Shown: in pieces, positions 36,768-42,618 of the stretch | Layout of the letters: each line of letters opens with the position of its first letter | Numbering within the stretch: position 1 is the first letter of the stretch | From: Clostridia bacterium | GTDB taxonomy: Bacteria > Bacillota > Clostridia > Oscillospirales > CAG-382 | Reading direction: 5' to 3' | Length of the DNA: 64,000 bases | Assembly (NCBI GenBank): GCA_017466805.1 | Contig: JAFTTN010000063.1 | Location: 7,156 to 71,155 of the forward strand | Program-made: the position numbers and the translations under genes | Notes under the pieces: generated by a model | Databases searched by the model: none | Seen by the model: the letters and a program-made list of their open reading frames with translations, nothing else | Told to the model about the DNA's origin: nothing

Positions 36768-37313
36768 TTATGCATTTTTTAGTGTGTTTAGTGCCTCTTG
36801 CAAACGTTCATTTATGTTTTCTTCGGTAAAAGCCGAACGATCGATTAGTAAGAACTCTTCGGACAGCAATAAAGGTTTACTAAGTGCATCTTCAAGAATG
36901 GGAATAACAATTTCCTTTGTCTTTGCCAAAAAGGTTGCATCTTCAATAAACTCTTTAATGCGAATTGCTGTTCTTATGAGGTCTTCCGCCCATAGAACCA
37001 ATGGAATTGTTGTCATTTGTTTTGCACGTTGGGAGGTATTAATAAGAAGATCAATAAGACCGTCGATATCTTTTAATCTGTTTAGAACTTCAATTGCATC
37101 CCAGAATTTTTTAATATATTTCTTTTCATTCGTTTCACTATCGAGTCTTGATATACATATTTCTTTAAGCTCTGCCAACCATTTTCTTTCGATTCGGCGC
37201 GGCACACCGTAAGATTTATAGAGATCATATTCTCCGTCGAGGTCCATACCATAATGGTCGCCTTGATATTTCATAAATATTTCTTTTGCTTTTTCGTATT
37301 TCTTTGTAAACAT
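36768..37313 (-). CDS. hypothetical, island family 3
   Basis: KYEKAKEIFMKYQG... Paralogous to 34256-34975. Confidence 0.6.
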   Translation of the reverse strand: MFTKKYEKAKEIFMKYQGDHYGMDLDGEYDLYKSYGVPRRIERKWLAELKEICISRLDSETNEKKYIKKFWDAIEVLNRLKDIDGLIDLLINTSQRAKQMTTIPLVLWAEDLIRTAIRIKEFIEDATFLAKTKEIVIPILEDALSKPLLLSEEFLLIDRSAFTEENINERLQEALNTLKNA

Positions 37314-37358
37314 ATGAGAAAAATCCTTTCTATTTTATAGCTCTCCGAACTCATTTGT

Positions 37359-38189
37359 TTACTTACTTTCGTCGAAAACAGGTTCTACAATTACATTTTT
37401 TAAAAGCTTATTTTCATTAAGCAGTCTGTACAGCTTTTGAGAAATAATGTAAAGCGGCGCGGCGGAATTGCGTCCAAACATAGCTTCAGTTATATAAATG
37501 TCTTTGTTAAGTTCAAATTTAGAAAAATCGAGATGCAACTGCACCGTATTGCCTAGTGAATACCACTTTTGACCGCAAACTTGACAGGAAAATTCTTTTT
37601 CACCATATCCATGTTCTACACATTCCCTGCCTATAACAGTATCCGACGTGAGTTGATAAAAATTTTCGCTGTATTTCCCGCCGCGAACAATTACGTTCTT
37701 AAAAACGGCACCCTTTATATCGCTGGATTGAATCAAATCATAAACAGCACGAGAGGTAAGGAGGAACATCCGCTCGACGTACGCTTCTGCCCAAAAATGA
37801 GTTTTGCTTTTTGTGCTCGGCAAATCCCAAACCTTCAAATTGCCAACTTGCTCGTAAAGAAAATGTCTATTTCCCTGTACACCTTCACAAACTTCAACAA
37901 GAGCGGAATCTTCATAGTCGAATTTTTGATATTTAGGACGAATCGTTAATAACTTGGCTCTTTCTAATTCTTCTTTGTCAAATACACAAGTTACGGTCAA
38001 CATAAGTTGGTTACCCAAAGAAAACGGTTGATTAGATATTTCTTTTATAATTGCGCCTTCTCTTTCAGTGGGACCGACTATGTTAATAATTACAAAATCA
38101 TCCTTTATTTTGTATTTTATTTCATTCTTATCAAGCTGTTCGAGCAAACCCGGTTTTATACTACCTGCTGCATAATATCGGTATTTCAT
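37359..38189 (-). CDS. hypothetical; possibly Imm11/DUF1629-like immunity protein with a CxxC pair
   Basis: 276 aa. The resemblance (..FSCQVCGQKW.. and the tail ITEAMFG...PLYIISQKLYRLL) is from memory only. Confidence 0.35.
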   Translation of the reverse strand: MKYRYYAAGSIKPGLLEQLDKNEIKYKIKDDFVIINIVGPTEREGAIIKEISNQPFSLGNQLMLTVTCVFDKEELERAKLLTIRPKYQKFDYEDSALVEVCEGVQGNRHFLYEQVGNLKVWDLPSTKSKTHFWAEAYVERMFLLTSRAVYDLIQSSDIKGAVFKNVIVRGGKYSENFYQLTSDTVIGRECVEHGYGEKEFSCQVCGQKWYSLGNTVQLHLDFSKFELNKDIYITEAMFGRNSAAPLYIISQKLYRLLNENKLLKNVIVEPVFDESK

Positions 38190-38212
38190 ATTATCTCCTT
38201 AGTTAAATATCT

Positions 38213-38352
38213 TTCACATACTTTTTTATTGATAACAGTGCAACTGCTAACAATTTAGGGTTATCTTTGTATACTTCAAAAGCATTTTTTGCGAGCGTTA
38301 AATAATCCTGCGTGCCCTGTCCATATGACAAAAGCCTCTTTGTTGTTATAGT
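38213..38352 (-). pseudogene. start-less orphan tip following junction hairpin A
   Basis: The open frame TITTKRLLSYGQGTQDYLTLAKNAFEVYKDNPKLLAVALLSIKKYVKDI* starts right after a stop and shares the TITT junction with 42349-42570. Confidence 0.4.
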
Positions 38353-38412
38353 TCATAAGGCGAGGTGTTAGTACTTCGCCTTATTTACTGTTACACTTAG
38401 TTTGACAATTCA
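38338..38412. repeat. junction repeat A (hairpin 38357-38382)
   Basis: About 75 nt, nearly identical to 42541-42614. Contains the hairpin AAGGCGAGGT-gttagt-ACTTCGCCTT. Confidence 0.85.
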
Positions 38413-39412
38413 TTGTTGTTTCACTCATTTCCTGAACATTATGGTTTTTCAATGCACACAAAAAGCTCGACGAAAAGACCGATGATTGTGGTATTCTAAT
38501 AATCTTTCCGTTATTCATTTCGAGCACTATTTTATTGTTTTTTATACAATAGCCGCTGCAGTCTTTATAGTAAACGGTACGCCAAGAGCAAAGCATAGAA
38601 CGGTATTTGAAGTATTTTTCGTTTACAGACCACTCGAGCTTCCAAACGAATAAAAACACCAACCAAGCCAAGCTTATTAAAACAGCCGACGCCGAAAAAC
38701 ACGAAAGCAGAGCGTTTTTGCTTAAGCACGATTGAATCAGCAAAGCAAACGCACACGCAAACAGCAGAAGCGCAAAGAACATATACCTTTTCGGTTGAAA
38801 AAGAAACAGCTTTTTTTCGCGGCTTGTGCCTACAGCATTTCTTCCGTCATCGCCTTCGTTTGTATTTCGGGGCTTGTTCAACAGATTTGCCGCAATATTT
38901 GCGATTATCGGATTTTCGTTTTCGGACAGTTGCTTTAAATATCCGAAGGCTTCATCGGTGCCGATATTATAAAGCGCATACATACACTTTCGGTTAAATT
39001 CGCGGTAGTCGCTTTGATATTGCAGGTAATCGAAATCTACGGTAGATGCCTCGAACAAAGGCTTGGCGGTATTCGGATTTTTGCTTGCTGTTAATATCGA
39101 TGCAATGTCCTCGTGAGAAATGTGCCAATCCTGAATCAAGAGCGGTGCTAACCGTTCGTCGAATTGATTTGCGGTATCAAAATTAAGCATCAACAGCAGG
39201 AGCAATTCAAGCTCTTCTGCGTTTTTGTTACAAATTGCTTCATCGAGCATTGCTTTTATTTTTTCAAGATCGGGCAAATCGCTTCCAAAGAATTTTATGC
39301 AGAATTCTTTGTCTTTTTGTTTTTTTAATTCATTCGGTTCTCCGCATAATGCATATTGCGATTTGTCTTTTATTAGTCTGTTTTCGAGCAGTTTGAATTG
39401 TATCTCGTTCAT
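38381..39412 (-). CDS. hypothetical fusion: HEAT-like helical repeats, 2 TM helices, C-terminal beta-rich domain
   Basis: The segment ALYNIGTDEAFGYLKQLSENENPIIANIAANLL is HEAT-like. Two TM helices lie at roughly aa 215-265. Start at the ATG (MNEIQF). Confidence 0.55.
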   Translation of the reverse strand: MNEIQFKLLENRLIKDKSQYALCGEPNELKKQKDKEFCIKFFGSDLPDLEKIKAMLDEAICNKNAEELELLLLLMLNFDTANQFDERLAPLLIQDWHISHEDIASILTASKNPNTAKPLFEASTVDFDYLQYQSDYREFNRKCMYALYNIGTDEAFGYLKQLSENENPIIANIAANLLNKPRNTNEGDDGRNAVGTSREKKLFLFQPKRYMFFALLLFACAFALLIQSCLSKNALLSCFSASAVLISLAWLVFLFVWKLEWSVNEKYFKYRSMLCSWRTVYYKDCSGYCIKNNKIVLEMNNGKIIRIPQSSVFSSSFLCALKNHNVQEMSETTMNCQTKCNSK

Positions 39413-39533
39413 TATTAGCTTACCTTTCAAATCGGCGTATAAGACACGATACCACTATTTAATATATCTAAAGCTTTTCCAAAACCAAGTCCTATATTAA
39501 TCAGCAGACCTTCTCTTTTGTGATATTTTTCTG

Positions 39534-40034
39534 TCAAGAGATATATTTCTCGACTTCGGCTATGGCTTCGGGATTTTGGATTATTAAAATGTTTTTATCG
39601 TTCCAATAATCTCTGTATTCCATTCCTTCGTAAAGCTCCATATCTCGATAGAGAACGAGGCATTCGCTTGTTCGATCAAATCCACTTGCGTTCACATTGG
39701 CATATATAAAAGTAATCTTATGAAATACGTGCGAATATTCGGCATATCTATATTCTCTTATTATTTTGCCCAAACCGCTGTATAGCATTATGCCATCTTC
39801 AGTAATGCAAATCTTTCTGCGCAGCACAATTACAAAATACAGAACAGAAATAGTCAGCAAAAATAACATAAAACCCATTATTATAGCTATTAGTATAAGG
39901 ACATCAGAAAAATAAGCGGTTTCATATGTAAAAAACATTCCAATCATACTCAACAATATAATTAATGAAGTACTAATGAGCGTGCTCATACGAAAGGCTT
40001 TGATTTGTTTCTCATCATGTAATAATAATTTCAA
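39534..40034 (-). CDS. hypothetical 2-TM protein, island family 1
   Basis: Conserved tail ECLVLYRDMELYEGMEYRDYWNDKNILIIQNPEAIAEVEKYIS. TTG start inferred from paralog alignment. Confidence 0.55.
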   Translation of the reverse strand: MKLLLHDEKQIKAFRMSTLISTSLIILLSMIGMFFTYETAYFSDVLILIAIIMGFMLFLLTISVLYFVIVLRRKICITEDGIMLYSGLGKIIREYRYAEYSHVFHKITFIYANVNASGFDRTSECLVLYRDMELYEGMEYRDYWNDKNILIIQNPEAIAEVEKYIS

Positions 40035-40110
40035 TTTTCAAATACCCCCCTACCAATATCGCGTTCAACATAAAGTTCGTTTCGAGCGGTTCTTTGACTA
40101 TGAATAAGAT

Positions 40111-40165
40111 TCTTTGTTGTTATAGTTCATAAGGCGTGGTGTTAGTACTTCGCCTTATTTAAAAT
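40111..40165. repeat. junction repeat B (hairpin 40131-40156)
   Basis: ctttgttgttatagttcat AAGGCGTGGT-gttagt-ACTTCGCCTT attt. Confidence 0.85.
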
Positions 40166-40191
40166 TGCTTCTCTTTTGTGATATTTTTCTG

Positions 40192-40686
40192 TCAAGAGAT
40201 ATATTTCTCAACCTCGGCTATGGCTTCAGGGTTTTGGATTATTAAAATGTTTTTATCGTTCCAATAATCTCTGTATTCCATTCCTTCGTAAAGTTCCATA
40301 TTGCGATATAAAACGAGGCACTCTTTGTGAAAGGACTCAATTCTGTTGTTGCTTCCGCCCGCGTAGTCCAGCTTTATAATATGTCTTTTTGCATTATATT
40401 TATTATACTTATAACAATGAAATGCTTTTTCTTTGGCCGTGTATACCGTAACACCTTGCTCGTCGACAGTGATTTTTCTCCCGTATCTTTTATATCCGCG
40501 AATGGCCGTTACAAAAAGAAGAACAGACGGTAAAAACAGCAAACAAGAAAACGCAAACATATATCTGTAAAAAAAACCGCAAACAAACAAGCTTATGCTT
40601 GCTATCAAAAACAGAAGCGAAAAAATCAACGGACCCTTCACATATCCAAAAATTTTGTCCTTTTCAAATAGAAATCTTAAAGTCAT
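40192..40686 (-). CDS. hypothetical 2-TM protein, island family 1
   Basis: Same tail as 39534-40034 (one substitution). RBS AAGGAG. Confidence 0.6.
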   Translation of the reverse strand: MTLRFLFEKDKIFGYVKGPLIFSLLFLIASISLFVCGFFYRYMFAFSCLLFLPSVLLFVTAIRGYKRYGRKITVDEQGVTVYTAKEKAFHCYKYNKYNAKRHIIKLDYAGGSNNRIESFHKECLVLYRNMELYEGMEYRDYWNDKNILIIQNPEAIAEVEKYIS

Positions 40687-40694
40687 ATAAATAA

Positions 40695-40775
40695 TCTCCT
40701 TTTTTCATAATTGCCGTTCGGAGTCGAATATCATAACGCGCAATATGAACTTATCGCCGATGTGTTTTCTTGAAT
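40695..40775 (-). pseudogene. decayed RHS stub
   Basis: Nucleotide similarity to the ...GDVIHIFDSNGNY... segment of 42349-42570, but with a 1-nt insertion and internal stops. Confidence 0.45.
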
Positions 40776-40820
40776 ATTAAATTAATAGTTAATAGTCCAA
40801 AGCTCTATATAGCGAAACGT

Positions 40821-41288
40821 CTAATCAACAACGTCCGCGACTTCGCAAAGACGCGTGTGCGGATAATATACGACTCTGTACGTTTTTCCTATTTCCAAAC
40901 CTTTTTGATGCAAAACCAAACACTCGTCAGTTTCCGTAATATAAAATTTTACTTGATCGTTTAGCAGCAAATCTTCCAAATGTCCAAAATCCTGTTTATG
41001 ATCATATCTACAAGCTTCTGCCACAACCTCAATATAATCATCGTTAATAACTCTGGGGAGATCCAAAAAACAAAGTATTAGTTTTTCCGAAGCAAAAACA
41101 CTTAAACAGAGTATAACGAAACCAATAAAAAACGTTTCGAATTTCCCAAAGGAACTGACGCTTGATTTATAACGTTTGATTTCGTGTAGCAAGAAAAGAA
41201 ACAGCAAAACCGCAAGAATTAAAACGCCTATTGTAAGCAAAAGATGTCGCCAATACGTATCGGTTAAAACATTAGATAAATACTTCAT
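40821..41288 (-). CDS. hypothetical 2-TM protein, island family 2
   Basis: Tail NDDYIE...TDECLVLHQKGLEIGKTYRVVYYPHTRLCEV. ATGA overlap with the upstream paralog. Confidence 0.6.
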   Translation of the reverse strand: MKYLSNVLTDTYWRHLLLTIGVLILAVLLFLFLLHEIKRYKSSVSSFGKFETFFIGFVILCLSVFASEKLILCFLDLPRVINDDYIEVVAEACRYDHKQDFGHLEDLLLNDQVKFYITETDECLVLHQKGLEIGKTYRVVYYPHTRLCEVADVVD

Positions 41289-41731
41289 ATTATTTCCTCG
41301 ACAATTTCACAGATTCTGGAATTGGGATAGAATCTGATCAAATAAGTTTTTCCTACCTTTACGTTTTTTACGTCCAAGATAATATACTCGTCCGTTTCTG
41401 CAATATAGAATAGAGGATCTTCGACTACATAGTCTTCTGTAGATTCCCAATTTGCACGCTTGACATAAGTATATCTTATCACTTCCGCTTCGACTTCTAT
41501 ATAAGTATCGTTTCTTACATATTTATAGTCTTTCCAACAATTTATATTTGTCTGACCGAAATACACAAGCACCAAAAATACAGGAATAATCGCAAGCTTG
41601 AATAATATATTTGCGTTATTTTCGTTATCAACGATACGCTTGCGATTTTTTACACACAAAACAATCCCTATAAAAACCATTAGCAAGAGTATTGATGAAG
41701 ATATTAGAATTAACCAAAAACCTTTTTCCAC
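41285..41731 (-). CDS. hypothetical 2-TM protein, island family 2
   Basis: MEKGFW... with the tail TDEYIILDVKNVKVGKTYLIRFYPNSRICEI. GTG start after GAGGTG. Confidence 0.6.
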   Translation of the reverse strand: MEKGFWLILISSSILLLMVFIGIVLCVKNRKRIVDNENNANILFKLAIIPVFLVLVYFGQTNINCWKDYKYVRNDTYIEVEAEVIRYTYVKRANWESTEDYVVEDPLFYIAETDEYIILDVKNVKVGKTYLIRFYPNSRICEIVEEII

Positions 41732-41821
41732 TTTTAGTCACCTCAGCGTTACAATACATGTTTTGCACATGCTCTATAAAAACATTTGCCTAAGTCGATT
41801 TTCAGCGGCTCACTGAAAATA

Positions 41822-41850
41822 GTGGTGTTAGCACTTCGCCTTATTTAAAA
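41822..41850. repeat. junction repeat C (truncated; only one hairpin arm retained)
   Basis: gtggtgttagcacttcgccttattt matches the right half of repeats A, B and D. Confidence 0.7.
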
Positions 41851-41876
41851 TTGCTTCTTTTTTGTGATATTTTCTG

Positions 41877-42371
41877 TCAAGAGATATATTTCTCAACCTC
41901 GGCTATGGCTTCGGGATTTTGGATAAAAAGAATGTTCTTATCGTTCCAATAACTCCGATATTCCATACCCTCGTAAAGTTCCATATCTCGATACAAAACA
42001 AGGCACTCTTTGAGATAATGCTCTTCATCAAATATACGCCTCTGTGGCTCTAGCATTGCAATGATGAATTTTGTGCTTTTATACTCGCTAAATAAGTATT
42101 TGTGATAAAGTTTGCCGCCACTCGTATATAGGGTTATACCATCGTTTTCTATTGATATTTTTCTGGCGTGTCTCTTCCACCATACAATTGCTATATGCAA
42201 CGACAGCATCCATGATATGAAGAATACTACCGAAACGAACATGACTTTTTTCCAATAAAAGCCAAGTATGAGAAAAAACACGCTCATGATAAACATAAAA
42301 ATGCACCCGTATATCTGAATGGCGACATAATCTTTTCTCGTTTTTTCATCAAATAGAAATATTAATGGCAT
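41877..42371 (-). CDS. hypothetical 2-TM protein, island family 1
   Basis: Tail ECLVLYRDMELYEGMEYRSYWNDKNILFIQNPEAIAEVEKYIS. Start at the ATG (MPLIF) 9 nt after AAGGAG. Confidence 0.6.
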   Translation of the reverse strand: MPLIFLFDEKTRKDYVAIQIYGCIFMFIMSVFFLILGFYWKKVMFVSVVFFISWMLSLHIAIVWWKRHARKISIENDGITLYTSGGKLYHKYLFSEYKSTKFIIAMLEPQRRIFDEEHYLKECLVLYRDMELYEGMEYRSYWNDKNILFIQNPEAIAEVEKYIS

Positions 42372-42570
42372 ATAATTTATCTCCTTTTTCATAATTGCCG
42401 TTTGAGTCGAATATGTGAATTACATCGCCTTGGGCGTTCTTGCCGTAGTAATAGTAAGTGCCAAGATTCGAAATATTCCCAACATCCGCTCGGGCAAACC
42501 CTATTATACTGCCGGATGCATCGTATAAATAGGTCAGCTTCTGTGTGGTTATAGTTGATAAGGCGAAGTG
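42349..42570 (-). pseudogene. start-less RHS/YD-repeat stub overlapping the next gene's start
   Basis: My translation gives HFALSTITTQKLTYLYDASGSIIGFARADVGNISNLGTYYYYGKNAQGDVIHIFDSNGNYEKGDKLYAINISI*. A stop lies directly upstream and there is no ATG. Confidence 0.7.
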
Positions 42571-42614
42571 TTAGTACTTCGCCTTATTTACTGTTGCACT
42601 TAGTTTGACAATTC
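42541..42614. repeat. junction repeat D (hairpin 42560-42585)
   Basis: Nearly identical to repeat A. It sits 4 nt after the mutS2 stop on the minus strand. Confidence 0.85.
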
Positions 42615-42618
42615 ATCT

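Larger units (their letters stand above)
34080..42618 (-). other. AT-richer island of orphan immunity-like genes plus RHS stubs (no toxin, no integrase or transposase)
   Basis: All genes are on the minus strand. Three paralog families recur, with start-less YD-repeat fragments and repeated junction elements between them. Base composition is visibly more AT-rich than in the flanking genes. Confidence 0.6.

Noticed and set aside
34080-42618. The island's repeats as a CRISPR array, or the island as a prophage or IS element
   Set aside because: The repeats are unevenly spaced (0.8 to 2 kb apart), differ in length and partly lie within coding sequence. I recognised no cas, integrase, transposase, terminal inverted repeats or phage structural genes.
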